The notes beneath the pieces are model-generated. The model ran no database searches. It worked only from the letters and a program-made list of their open reading frames with translations, and was not told the origin of the DNA. Position numbers and translations under genes: made by a program. A stretch of 42,650 nt of DNA, from contig JAWSUS010000025.1 of assembly GCA_033549025.1 (NCBI GenBank), positions 1-42,650 of the forward strand. The letters run 5' to 3'. Source of the DNA: Desulfuromonadales bacterium (lineage in GTDB: Bacteria; Desulfobacterota; Desulfuromonadia; Desulfuromonadales; SZUA-540). Positions 8,761 to 17,984 of this stretch are shown piece after piece (the first letter of the stretch is position 1; each line of letters begins with the position of its first letter).

Positions 8761-11174
8761 GCCTTGAACTCACCCGTTTCGCTCTTGAGGTAGGCCATCT
8801 GCTCGGAGAGGGTTTCGACGACGGCATCCATTTCAGCCGTGCGGTCGGCGTTGTTTTCGGCAATGCGTCGGATATCGGCCACGGCTTCCACCACCTGCCG
8901 GCTGCGGCTGGTCTGCTCCCGCGTGGCCGCATCGATGCGTTCGATCATGTCGCGGATGGTCTCCATGCCCGTGTTGATCTGCCGACTGCCCTTGGCCTGC
9001 TCCGAGGTGGCGTATTTGCCCTGCAGGGCGATTTCCTTCATGGCTTCGGAGGCCTTGACCAGCTGTTTGCTGCCGGTGGATTGCTGGTCGACGGCGGTGG
9101 CGATCTGGTGCAGCATGGAGGAAATCTGATTGATCGAGGTGGTGATCTGATGGCTCCCCTTGGACTGTTCCTGGGTGGCCCGCACAATGCCCCTGACCTG
9201 CTCCATGGCCTTGGAGGTACTGAGGCGGATTTTATCCAGCGCCTCGCCGGTGGTGCGGGACCGGCTCACTTCTTCGTGAACGCGCCGGCTGCCGGCCTGG
9301 ATGGCTTGCACGGCCTCGGCCGTTCCCTGCTGCAGGCTGCTGATAATGCCGCCGATTTCCCGGGTGGAGACGGCGGTGCGATCGGCGAGTTCGCGGATCT
9401 CGTCGGCGACCACGGCGAAGCCCTTGCCGTGCTCCCCGGCCTGGGCGGCGATGATGGCGGCGTTGAGGGCCAGCAGGCTGGTCTGGTCGGCAATCTCGTC
9501 GATGACCGTGAGAATGCGGCCGATAGCCTTGGACTGGCTTCCTAGCTCCTCAATAGCCTCCCCGGCCCGGTCGACGGTCTGCCGTATGGCGCCGATGCCG
9601 TCGATAGTGGCATCGACGGCTTCCTTGCCCCGCTGGGCGTCGAGGGTAGCCTCTTCGGCGAAGCGGCTGGTCTGCTCGGCGTTTTCGTCAATCTCCTTGA
9701 TGGAGGCATCCAGCTGGGTGATGGACGACGCCGTCACCTCTGTGGAAGAAGACAGCATGTCGAGGCTTTCGTTGATCTGCTGATTGGAGACGGACATCTC
9801 GTGGATGGAGGAGGAGACCTCTTCCACGGTGGCGAAGAGGGTTTCCATCTGCGTGGCGATCTGTTCGATGGTCGCGCTCAGCTCCAGGGTAGCGGAAGAG
9901 CTGCCTTCGACCCCGTCCACCAGACTGCCGGTACTTTCGGCGATGCCGGCAATGGATTCGTCGAAAGACTGGATGGCGCGGTGCGATTCGTCCAGGGCCT
10001 GTGCCTGGTTGGCCGCATCTTCCCGAACCTGCCGGCTGGACTGCTGAATTTTGAGGGTAGCGTCGGCCAGGCCGTTGGCCACCTCGCGGGTGCGGCGAAC
10101 CATCTGGGCCAGCCGGTCGACAAAATGGTTGAAAGAGGTCGCCAGTTCGCCGACTTCGTCCTGACGGGTCACTTTCAGGTGGCGGGTGAGATCCCCTTCG
10201 CCTTCGGAGATCTCGCGCAGGCTCTTCACCAGCTGGCGCAGGGGGCGGACGATATTGTTGGACAGACTTCTGCCGATGAGGGCGGCCAGCAGGGCCGCTA
10301 TGGCCAGAATAGCGAACAGAATGAGGTTGGTGCGGGATTTGGCCTCGAACATGGAAGAGCTGTCCAGCGCCATGATGACGCCCCGCTTGGCGCCGCCGAA
10401 AGTGTTGATGAAAAGGGCATGGGGCGTGCCATCTATCGTGCGGTACCTTACCCTTTTGGGGATGACCTCCTGCTCATCGAAGCGCTGCAGCTCCGCTTCC
10501 GTCGGGGCAAAAATACGGGGATCGATCTCCTTGAGACCGGCCAGGGTGGCGGAAAAAACGCCCCCTTCATCGAAGAAGGCCACTTCGGCGTCACTCAGGG
10601 AGCTGATTTTGCGGGCGTAATGGTCATCGAGAAAAACAACCCCGATCAGATGGCCGATAGGCGTTCCCGCCAGCTGCACCGGTCCGGCGGCTACCATGGC
10701 CAGACGGTTGTCGAAAAGCTGAATACCCGCCAGGGTATCCCCTTCGAAGCTCCCCCTGATAATCGGGTGAGCCCTGCGATCGGCTGCCGTCTGGTCGACT
10801 TCGCTCCCCTGACGCAGGAGCAGCTGCCCCCCCGCATCGAGCACTTCAACCAGGTCAAAGTCGAATCGTTCCAGAGACCCTTCCAGGGCGGTGACGAGCT
10901 GCTCCGTATTGCCGGAAAAACCGGCGGAATAGACGGCGTTGACCATCAGGGGGTTTTGCGCCAGCAGGCCGATATAGTTGGCTTTTTCCGCCTGGGAATA
11001 GGTCGTGCTGCGTTCCACGAAACCAGCGACCACCTTGGCGCGGGATTGCATGTTCCTCTCAAGTTGCTGATTGTTGAGGCGGGCCGTAAAGGCCAGTGCT
11101 ACCGCGACGGGAACAATGGCAAAAGCCAGCAGCGCCAGCAGAATTTTCCAGCGGAGATTCAGCGATGAGAACAT
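8757..11174 (-). CDS. Methyl-accepting chemotaxis protein (2 TM, periplasmic sensor, HAMP, long signalling domain)
   Basis: GEGDLT..L.....DEVGELA..FN HAMP; tip [37 protein letters not shown]; start at ATG 11174 with GAGG-like context. Confidence 0.95.
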   Translation of the reverse strand: MFSSLNLRWKILLALLAFAIVPVAVALAFTARLNNQQLERNMQSRAKVVAGFVERSTTYSQAEKANYIGLLAQNPLMVNAVYSAGFSGNTEQLVTALEGSLERFDFDLVEVLDAGGQLLLRQGSEVDQTAADRRAHPIIRGSFEGDTLAGIQLFDNRLAMVAAGPVQLAGTPIGHLIGVVFLDDHYARKISSLSDAEVAFFDEGGVFSATLAGLKEIDPRIFAPTEAELQRFDEQEVIPKRVRYRTIDGTPHALFINTFGGAKRGVIMALDSSSMFEAKSRTNLILFAILAIAALLAALIGRSLSNNIVRPLRQLVKSLREISEGEGDLTRHLKVTRQDEVGELATSFNHFVDRLAQMVRRTREVANGLADATLKIQQSSRQVREDAANQAQALDESHRAIQSFDESIAGIAESTGSLVDGVEGSSSATLELSATIEQIATQMETLFATVEEVSSSIHEMSVSNQQINESLDMLSSSTEVTASSITQLDASIKEIDENAEQTSRFAEEATLDAQRGKEAVDATIDGIGAIRQTVDRAGEAIEELGSQSKAIGRILTVIDEIADQTSLLALNAAIIAAQAGEHGKGFAVVADEIRELADRTAVSTREIGGIISSLQQGTAEAVQAIQAGSRRVHEEVSRSRTTGEALDKIRLSTSKAMEQVRGIVRATQEQSKGSHQITTSINQISSMLHQIATAVDQQSTGSKQLVKASEAMKEIALQGKYATSEQAKGSRQINTGMETIRDMIERIDAATREQTSRSRQVVEAVADIRRIAENNADRTAEMDAVVETLSEQMAYLKSETGEFKA

Positions 11175-11298
11175 AGAGGCACCCCGGGCGAGGATTGGCA
11201 AGGCGGAAAAAACGACACCGGCAGTCGGTCGGACTGCCGGGTCATCTGAGGGTAGAAATTTAGCACTTTCGGGCTGGGCTGGCAACAGTTAATGCCGC

Positions 11299-11311
11299 TA
11301 AGCTGTTGATT
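11299..11311. promoter_or_regulatory. IHF consensus site
   Basis: TAAGCTGTTGATT matches the reverse complement of WATCAANNNNTTR; in the cheX-MCP intergenic gap. Confidence 0.45.
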
Positions 11312-11383
11312 TGGCGTTGTAGTTGCGGCGCGCAGGCGGGTGGGTCACGATGATCATCGCTCTCCACCGCTTGGCCGCATCCT

Positions 11384-12247
11384 TCAGTTGGCGATAAGAA
11401 CCTGCAGGACGACGGTGTCGCCGCTGGGCAGAGCCATGGGGAAGCGCAGGCCGTGAGGTTCGGCCGGCGGCGTCTGCAGCTGGCTGCCGGCCAGGATTTC
11501 GGGCGGATGGATATCCAGCGACTTGCCCATCTGGGCTGCCTTGGCGGCGATGTTGCCGCAGACGATGTTGATGAATTCCATCACCGCATCGAGCAGAACC
11601 TCTTCAGGTTCGTTGTCGACCTCTTCCTCTTTGAGAATGGCCCGGGCCAGAATTTTCTGGACCTCCGCCGTTACCGCCAGAACGTAGCGGCCGCTGGCTG
11701 CACCGGAAAAGGCCATGGCAGCGACCACGTCAGCCTGAGGCATCTCGGTGCTTTCCAGGCAGGCATCGGGACGCAGGGGGATATTGCCGATCCGCGACAG
11801 CATTTTAAAGGAGAGGTCCGCCATGATCTCCAGCAGGGGACGGTGAGGCAGTGCGGCTGGGATGGCGACAGCCCCGGCCGCGTAGGGCGCCTGATCGGCC
11901 TGGAATTCCTCCAGGTAACGCTCCAGATCCGCTTCTTTGAGACCGCCGACGCGGACGAGCGCTTCACCCAGGTACAGATGGCCGTTTTTCTGCCGGGTCA
12001 GGATCTGCTGCATCTGCTCCGGCGAAATCAGGCCGAGTTTGAGCGCCATGTCCCCAAAGCGCAGGTCTTCCGCACGCTGGGCGTCGTGGATCTTTTCCAC
12101 CTGGGTTTCCGTGAGAAAGCCCATGATCATGGCGATTTCACCGAATTTCAGATTGGTGGCTTCTTGCAGCTCGATGGCTTGAAGCAGGTTCTCGCGTGTA
12201 ATGGCCCCTTTTTCCATGAGGAACTGGCCGAAAAATTTTACCGCCAT
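11384..12247 (-). CDS. cheX: CheX-family phosphatase with N-terminal MshEN-like repeats
   Basis: C-terminal DAVMEFINIVCGN (ExxN) and I.PP motifs; four G-x6-G helical repeats at the N-terminus; AGGAG RBS. Confidence 0.85.
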   Translation of the reverse strand: MAVKFFGQFLMEKGAITRENLLQAIELQEATNLKFGEIAMIMGFLTETQVEKIHDAQRAEDLRFGDMALKLGLISPEQMQQILTRQKNGHLYLGEALVRVGGLKEADLERYLEEFQADQAPYAAGAVAIPAALPHRPLLEIMADLSFKMLSRIGNIPLRPDACLESTEMPQADVVAAMAFSGAASGRYVLAVTAEVQKILARAILKEEEVDNEPEEVLLDAVMEFINIVCGNIAAKAAQMGKSLDIHPPEILAGSQLQTPPAEPHGLRFPMALPSGDTVVLQVLIAN

Positions 12248-12299
12248 TGTTGAACTCCTTGGCTTGAGATGGCTATGTGGTGGTGCCCGACGTAAAGGG

Positions 12300-12659
12300 T
12301 TAGAGGGCCTGCAGTACGCGCAGGACGCTCTCTTCGTCAAAAGGCTTGGAAATGACCTCGCGGGCTCCCAGTTTGAGCGCTTCCTGGTACTTGTCGCCCA
12401 CGCCACCCAAGGAGGTAACCATGACGACTTTATAGCCGCGGTTCATGGCCACCAGGGTCCGCAAAGCGGTGAGCCCATCCATGACCGGCATGTTCATATC
12501 CATGCAGATGATCTCGGGATTTTCCGTTTGGCTCATGCGGATGGCTTCCGCGCCGTTTTTGGCATGACCGACCACCTCAAATGCGCCCGAGCCGGTGATT
12601 ATTTTTTCCAGCTGGCGGGCAACGGAAATGCTGTCATCCACAATCAAGACACGTTTCAT
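12300..12659 (-). CDS. Single-domain response regulator (CheY-like)
   Basis: VLIVDD, D.NMPVMDG, VTS and KPF receiver motifs; GGAGG RBS. Confidence 0.93.
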   Translation of the reverse strand: MKRVLIVDDSISVARQLEKIITGSGAFEVVGHAKNGAEAIRMSQTENPEIICMDMNMPVMDGLTALRTLVAMNRGYKVVMVTSLGGVGDKYQEALKLGAREVISKPFDEESVLRVLQAL

Positions 12660-12892
12660 CAGGGGGCCTCCGTTGGCAGTGTAGGGCAGGTAAAAAGCGG
12701 GCTATTGGCCGAATCGTGCATTTCACTCATGCACAGATCGTGCAAATTTCAGCCTTCAAAAGATAAAAGGAGATTAAGGGATAAAAGCCATTGAAATCAA
12801 GCCCATTAATGGAAGAAATGGTTTCGGGGACAGAAAAGTCACGACCTGCCTGATCGCAGGCCCGTGCTTCGTTCGAGAAGGGAGGCGCCAAT

Positions 12893-12921
12893 AAAAAAGG
12901 CAGGCCTTTCGGCCTGCCTTT
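12893..12921 (-). terminator. Rho-independent terminator after the selenoprotein pair
   Basis: Minus strand AAAGGCAGGCC-GAAA-GGCCTGCC-TTTTTT. Confidence 0.9.
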
Positions 12922-12943
12922 CCACTTCAGTATGCGTCAAAAT

Positions 12944-13234
12944 TCAACAGCAGCCGCTGCCGTTTTCGGGAAGGATGGTGAACCCTTCTCCCATGGCGTT
13001 TTTGACGTAGTCAACGGTATGCGGCCGCGAGAGACTGCTGACCGATTCATCCATCAACACGTCGAGCCCGTTGATCTTGCTGACTTCTTCATTGTCTTTA
13101 AGCTCATCCAGAGCCAGGCCCAAGCTGGGCCCGCCTCAGCCAAAGCCTTGAATGACGACCCGCAGCATCTTGCCGGGGTTCTCCTGGAGCACCTTCTCCA
13201 GGACTTCCTTAGCCGAATCGGTGATGTTAATCAT
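12944..13234 (-). CDS. HesB/IscA-like selenoprotein 1 (96 aa; Sec33 at UGA 13136-13138)
   Basis: Hand translation MINITDSAKEVLEKVLQENPGKMLRVVIQGFG-U-GGPSLGLALDELKDNEE...TVDYV...GFTI..NGSGCC; AAGGAG RBS; G-U-GGP.LGLALDE signature; frame stays open after the UGA. Confidence 0.9.
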
Positions 13235-13327
13235 CTCTTGCTCCTTGATGTTGGGGTTACTACCGCCCCATGACTAATATGTCGCTCGTCTAATGTCAAA
13301 TATGAATTATTTAATATTGGCCAGGTA

Positions 13328-13618
13328 TCAGGCGCAGTGCTCTGTTCCGTAGAGCGCTCTGACCACAAAACCTTTGCCGGTGCGGTTATTGATATAGTCG
13401 ATGACCTGGGTCTCGGCAAAAGGTCTGGCCTCCGCATCCATCAGCACGTCCAGTCCGCCAATCTTGCTGACTTCTTCATTGTCTTTAAGCTCATCCAGAG
13501 CCAACCCCAGGCGGGGTCCGCCTCAGCCAAAACCTTCAAAGGTTACGCGAAGATACTTGCCCGGATTGTTGTGCAGAATATCCACTAGCAGGTTTTGCGC
13601 CTTCTCGGTAATGGTCAT
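13328..13618 (-). CDS. HesB/IscA-like selenoprotein 2 (96 aa; Sec32 at UGA 13523-13525)
   Basis: Hand translation MTITEKAQNLLVDILHNNPGKYLRVTFEGFG-U-GGPRLGLALDELKDNEE...VIDYI...GFVV..GTEHCA; GGAGG RBS; same UGA context as its paralog. Confidence 0.9.
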
Positions 13619-13660
13619 GGATAACCTCCGCGAAGAGTTGTAAAAAAATATATATGGAAA

Positions 13661-13688
13661 AATATATAGTAGGGGATGTGTTTGTCAA
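13661..13688 (-). promoter_or_regulatory. Sigma70-type promoter for selenoprotein 2
   Basis: Minus strand TTGACA-N16-TATATT in an AT-rich gap. Confidence 0.6.
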
Positions 13689-13800
13689 GAAAAAATATCG
13701 ATAAAGCGGGGGGTTAGGCCGAAACATGCAGACGAATGGGCAAAGGAGCGCCGCTGCATTTTCCCTGTGGTGCAGCGGATGGCGGTAATCAGCGGTCAGG

Positions 13801-14613
13801 TCAGGAGGTCTGCTCCACCCGCAGCCCTGTCTCGATCTCCCGGGGGCCAGTGGTGTAGAGCGCATCGACGAAGGCGGTAAAGAAGCTGCCCGGTCCGCTG
13901 GTCGTGCGGGCGGCCAGGTCGCCGCAGAGACCGTAAAAAGCCGTGGCGGCGGTACAGGCCAGGAGCCGGTCGTCTGCTTCCACGGCACAGAAGGCGGCGG
14001 TGACGGCCGACAGACCACAGCCCAGACCGGTGACGCGGGTCATGATGGGGTGCCCGTTGCTGACGCGAAAGGTGCGCTCGCCGTCGGTGATGAGATCCTT
14101 TTCACCGGAGATGGAGAGAAGGCAGCCGGTTTGTCGGGCCAGGGTGCGGGCGGCTTCGGCCACTTCAGGCGAGAGGGCGAGGGAGGAATCGACCCCTTTG
14201 GTGCGCACCTCGGCGTCGGCGAGGGCAAAGATCTCGGAGGCGTTGCCGCGCAGGACGCTGACGGTGGCGTGATTGAGAATCCTTTTTACCGTATCGGTGC
14301 GCAGGGTTGTGGCGCCGGCACCCACCGGGTCGAGGATGACGGGAAGGTGATGACGGTTGGCGGTCTCGGCGGCCAGCAGCATGGACTCGACCCAGGCGTC
14401 ATCCAGGGTGCCGATGTTGAGCACCAAGGCGCCGGCCAGGGCGGTCATCTCCTTGATCTCCTGGGGACAGTGGGCCATGACGGGCGAAGCCCCGAGCGCC
14501 AGCAGGATATTCGCCGATGAATTCATCACCACAAAGTTGGTGATGTTGTGAATAAGGGGGGCGTTTTTTTTCACCCGGTCGAGCCGGTCGATGGTGTATG
14601 CTTTCAGGTCCAT
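13801..14613 (-). CDS. thiM: Hydroxyethylthiazole kinase
   Basis: PLIHNITNFV..N..AN.LLALGASPVMA, LVLNIGTL, LDPVGAGAT..R, RGNASEI and VTG.GC motifs. Confidence 0.96.
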   Translation of the reverse strand: MDLKAYTIDRLDRVKKNAPLIHNITNFVVMNSSANILLALGASPVMAHCPQEIKEMTALAGALVLNIGTLDDAWVESMLLAAETANRHHLPVILDPVGAGATTLRTDTVKRILNHATVSVLRGNASEIFALADAEVRTKGVDSSLALSPEVAEAARTLARQTGCLLSISGEKDLITDGERTFRVSNGHPIMTRVTGLGCGLSAVTAAFCAVEADDRLLACTAATAFYGLCGDLAARTTSGPGSFFTAFVDALYTTGPREIETGLRVEQTS

Positions 14614-14695
14614 GGTCTTGGGACTCCCTGCTGTTGTTCCAAATCGTGATGAGGTGCCGACAGAAATTTACCATAAAACTAGCGGAAAGATCAGG

Positions 14696-16525
14696 ATGAA
14701 TTGTACCCCCCTTGACACACTGCGCAACGTCTTCGGCTACAGCGCCTTTCGCCCTTACCAGCAACCCATCATCGACGCCCTGATTGCCGGCGAGGACGCC
14801 TTCGTGCTCATGCCCACCGGCGGTGGTAAGTCCCTGTGCTATCAGATTCCGGCCCTGCATCGCCCCGGCGTGGCGATCGTGGTATCGCCGCTGATCTCCC
14901 TGATGAAAGACCAGGTCGACGCCCTGCGGGCCAACGGAGTCAGGACGGCCTTCTATAATTCCTCGCTCGGGGCGCCCGAGGCCAGGCAGGTTCTGGCCCA
15001 GCTGCATGCCGGCGACCTCGATCTCCTCTATGTCGCCCCGGAACGTCTGATGAGCGACGGTTTCATCGAGCGGCTGCAGGGTATTGAGCTGGCCCTCTTC
15101 GCCATCGACGAGGCCCACTGCGTCTCCCAGTGGGGGCATGATTTTCGCCCCGAATATGTGCAGCTCGGCCGTTTGCGCCAGCTCTTCCCCCAGGTCCCTC
15201 TCATTGCCCTGACTGCTACCGCCGACCCCCAGACCCGCACGGATATCCTGGCGCGCCTCGGGCTGCAGAAGGCGACCTGCTATGCCGCCGGCTTCGACCG
15301 GCCCAATATCCGCTATACCGTCGTGGAGAAATCCCGTCCCGCCAACCAGCTGTTGACCTTTCTGCAGGGTCACGAAGGGGATGCAGGCATCGTCTACGCC
15401 CTCTCCCGCAAGCGGGTGGAAGAGGTGGCGGCCCGCCTGTGCGAAGCCGGCTTTCGGGCCGGAGCCTATCACGCCGGCCTGCCCGACGGCGAACGCCAGC
15501 GGGTGCAGGAGGCCTTCCTGCGCGATGACCTGCAGATTGTGGTCGCGACCGTCGCTTTCGGCATGGGCATCGACAAACCGAACGTGCGCTTCGTCGTCCA
15601 TTACGACCTGCCCAAGAATATCGAAAGCTATTACCAGGAGACCGGCCGCGCCGGTCGCGACGGTCTGCCGGCGGAAGCCCTGCTCCTGTTTGGCTACGGT
15701 GATATCGCCATCTCCCGCGGTCTCATTGAAAAGGGCGGCAACGAGGAGCAGAATCGCATCGAGCTGCACAAACTCAATTCCATGGTCGGCTTCGCCGAAC
15801 CCCTGACCTGTCGGCGGCGGGTACTGCTCGGCTACTTCGGCGAAAAGCTGGAAGAGGACTGCGGCAACTGCGACATCTGCCTCAATCCTCCCCAGCGCTA
15901 TGACGCCACCGTCGACGCCCAGAAAGTCCTCTCCTGCGTCTACCGGGTGGGGCAGCGCTTCGGCATGGGCCATGTGGTCGATGTTCTGCGCGGCTCCGGC
16001 AACCAGCGCATCCAGACCCTCGGCCATGACCGGCTTTCCACTTACGGCATCGGCAGCGACAAAAGCCAGGAGTCCTGGGGGAGTCTCATCCGCCAGCTCG
16101 TTCATCTGGGCTACCTGAAGCAGGACGTGGGCAACTATTCGGTGCTCAAGCTGACCGAAGCCGCCCGCCCCCTGCTGCGTGGGGGCGAGACGCTGACGCT
16201 GCCGCTGCCCCGCGTGAAGGCCAAGGCGGCGAAGAAGCGCGTCTCCCGCAAGGTGACGGACCACGATTACGATGAGGGGCTGTTCGACGCCCTGCGCGTG
16301 CTGCGCAAACGCCTGGCCGATGAGGAGGGGGTGCCGCCCTTCGTGGTCTTCGGCGACCAGAGTTTGGCCGAGATGGCGGCCTTCCGGCCAAAGGACGAGG
16401 AGGCGCTGCTGGCCATCAACGGGGTCGGCCGCCACAAGCTGCAGCGCTACGGTGCCGCCTTTCTGGCCGTTATCGCCGGGGATACGGAACCGGCGGCGGA
16501 TGAGTCCTCCCGGATGAAATCGTAG
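14696..16525 (+). CDS. recQ: ATP-dependent DNA helicase RecQ
   Basis: MPTGGGKSLCYQ, DEAHCVSQWGHDFRP, YYQETGRAGRDG, Zn-binding CRR..C.NCD.C, RQC and HRDC domains. Confidence 0.97.
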   Translation: MNCTPLDTLRNVFGYSAFRPYQQPIIDALIAGEDAFVLMPTGGGKSLCYQIPALHRPGVAIVVSPLISLMKDQVDALRANGVRTAFYNSSLGAPEARQVLAQLHAGDLDLLYVAPERLMSDGFIERLQGIELALFAIDEAHCVSQWGHDFRPEYVQLGRLRQLFPQVPLIALTATADPQTRTDILARLGLQKATCYAAGFDRPNIRYTVVEKSRPANQLLTFLQGHEGDAGIVYALSRKRVEEVAARLCEAGFRAGAYHAGLPDGERQRVQEAFLRDDLQIVVATVAFGMGIDKPNVRFVVHYDLPKNIESYYQETGRAGRDGLPAEALLLFGYGDIAISRGLIEKGGNEEQNRIELHKLNSMVGFAEPLTCRRRVLLGYFGEKLEEDCGNCDICLNPPQRYDATVDAQKVLSCVYRVGQRFGMGHVVDVLRGSGNQRIQTLGHDRLSTYGIGSDKSQESWGSLIRQLVHLGYLKQDVGNYSVLKLTEAARPLLRGGETLTLPLPRVKAKAAKKRVSRKVTDHDYDEGLFDALRVLRKRLADEEGVPPFVVFGDQSLAEMAAFRPKDEEALLAINGVGRHKLQRYGAAFLAVIAGDTEPAADESSRMKS

Positions 16526-16794
16526 GGACCGATTCCCTGGACGAGCAGATATTCGGCCTCGCCCTCGCCGTTGTTGCAGACGCGGTGGATCAGGCCGACC
16601 GGGGTCCGGGTCGTTTCGCCGGGCCCCAGAGTCACCGCCGTTTTACCGCGCACCTCCACGCGGATCTTGCCCTTGAGCCCCACGAAGAAGTCGTCGACCA
16701 CGCTGTGGTGGTGCCAATCCGTCGCGCTCCCCGGTTCCAGTCGCATGACCCGCACTGAAACATCTGCCGTTTTGACGATGGTGTTTGTGTCCAC
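16447..16794 (-). CDS. Cupin-domain protein
   Basis: WHHH...DDFF..L.G and P.G..HRV.N cupin motifs; GGAGG RBS before a GTG start. Confidence 0.85.
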   Translation of the reverse strand: MDTNTIVKTADVSVRVMRLEPGSATDWHHHSVVDDFFVGLKGKIRVEVRGKTAVTLGPGETTRTPVGLIHRVCNNGEGEAEYLLVQGIGPYDFIREDSSAAGSVSPAITARKAAP

Positions 16795-16982
16795 ATGGCC
16801 TCCCGGTATCGATTTCCGCCGATCGATTCAGTTTAATAGCCGCGCCGGTCCTTTCAAGGCCCGACTGAAAACTCGGGCAGTGCCCTGGCGAAGATCGTAC
16901 AGGACCGCTGAATTTGTCTTGCCAAAGACGCCGCCCGGTTCTACATTGCTGACCGCCTTCGCCGTCTGCAGAGGCACCATGA

Positions 16983-17891
16983 ATGATTTCTTCGCGCCGG
17001 CGGCCGCCGGCTGGGATAGCCTCCTTGAAAAAGTTCAAAAAGATCTACATCGAGATCACCAACCACTGCAATCTCGCCTGCAGTTTCTGCCATCCAAGCC
17101 AGCGTTCCCAGTCCTTCATGTCGCCATCGACCTTCGAAGCGATCATCCGGCAGCTGAACGGTTTCACCGAGCATCTCTATCTGCATGTGCTGGGCGAACC
17201 CCTGCTCCATCCCGACCTCGCAACTCTTCTCGACCTCTGCCACCATCAGGAACTGCGGGTCAATCTGACCACCAACGGCACCCTGCTGGGGCGCTGCCAA
17301 TCGGATCTGTTGGGCAGCGCCGCCTTGCGGCAGGTCAATATCTCTCTGCACAGCTTCGAGGAGATGGCCGGGGAGGGGCTGAATTCCTACCTGGATGAGA
17401 TTCTGGATTTTGTCCGTCTGGCTCGGGCTTCTACAGCCCTGCTCATCAACCTGCGCCTCTGGAAGCTGCCGCCGCACCCAGACAGTGAAGAGGTGGAGGC
17501 TCATCATCGCATCATCCGCCGCCTGGAGACGGGCTTCCCTCAGGCGGCCCCGATTCGGGTCGAACGCGCGGCCGGGCAGGGGATTACCCTGGCGCCCGGC
17601 GTCTTTCTCAGCCAGGCTCCGCAATTTACCTGGCCACATGCCTCGAAGCAGGATTTCGGCGATCGCGGCGCCTGCCGTGGCCTCAAGGATCACCTCGCCA
17701 TTCTCGTGGACGGCACCGTGGTGCCCTGCTGCCTCGATGCCGAGGCCGATATCCCGCTGGGAAATATTCTGCAGACGCCTTTGGCTCACATCCTCACCTC
17801 GCCCCGAGCCACGGCCTTGTCTCAAGGCTTTTCCCAGCGGCGGCTGGTTGAGTCCCTCTGCCGCGGCTGTTCGTTCCGGCAGCGATTCTAA
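16983..17891 (+). CDS. Radical SAM protein with SPASM/twitch domain
   Basis: CNLACSFC, GEPLLHP, TTNG, C-terminal C..L....AILVDGTVVPCC...GNI...C..C; true start may be TTG 17025. Confidence 0.9.
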   Translation: MISSRRRPPAGIASLKKFKKIYIEITNHCNLACSFCHPSQRSQSFMSPSTFEAIIRQLNGFTEHLYLHVLGEPLLHPDLATLLDLCHHQELRVNLTTNGTLLGRCQSDLLGSAALRQVNISLHSFEEMAGEGLNSYLDEILDFVRLARASTALLINLRLWKLPPHPDSEEVEAHHRIIRRLETGFPQAAPIRVERAAGQGITLAPGVFLSQAPQFTWPHASKQDFGDRGACRGLKDHLAILVDGTVVPCCLDAEADIPLGNILQTPLAHILTSPRATALSQGFSQRRLVESLCRGCSFRQRF

Positions 17892-17984
17892 ACACAAAAC
17901 CGCCGCTGCCTTTTGTCCTGGCAAAGTGATGCTAGAATGAATCGGTAGATTCTTTATCAGCATAAAAGAGAGAAAGGACACCTC

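Noticed and set aside
12711..12746. Sigma54-like sequence and ATCGTGCA repeat upstream of the CheY-like gene
   Set aside because: The -24 GG is replaced by TG on the minus strand and the spacing is 9 on the plus strand; too weak to call
13136..13525. Pseudogene interpretation of the two in-frame TGA codons
   Set aside because: The same codon occurs at the conserved Cys column in both paralogs, the downstream frames are intact, and a SECIS-like hairpin follows
12932..13588. Plus-strand ORFs 12932-13273 and 13337-13588 that resemble each other
   Set aside because: They are antisense shadows of the two selenoprotein genes, and their similarity comes from that duplication
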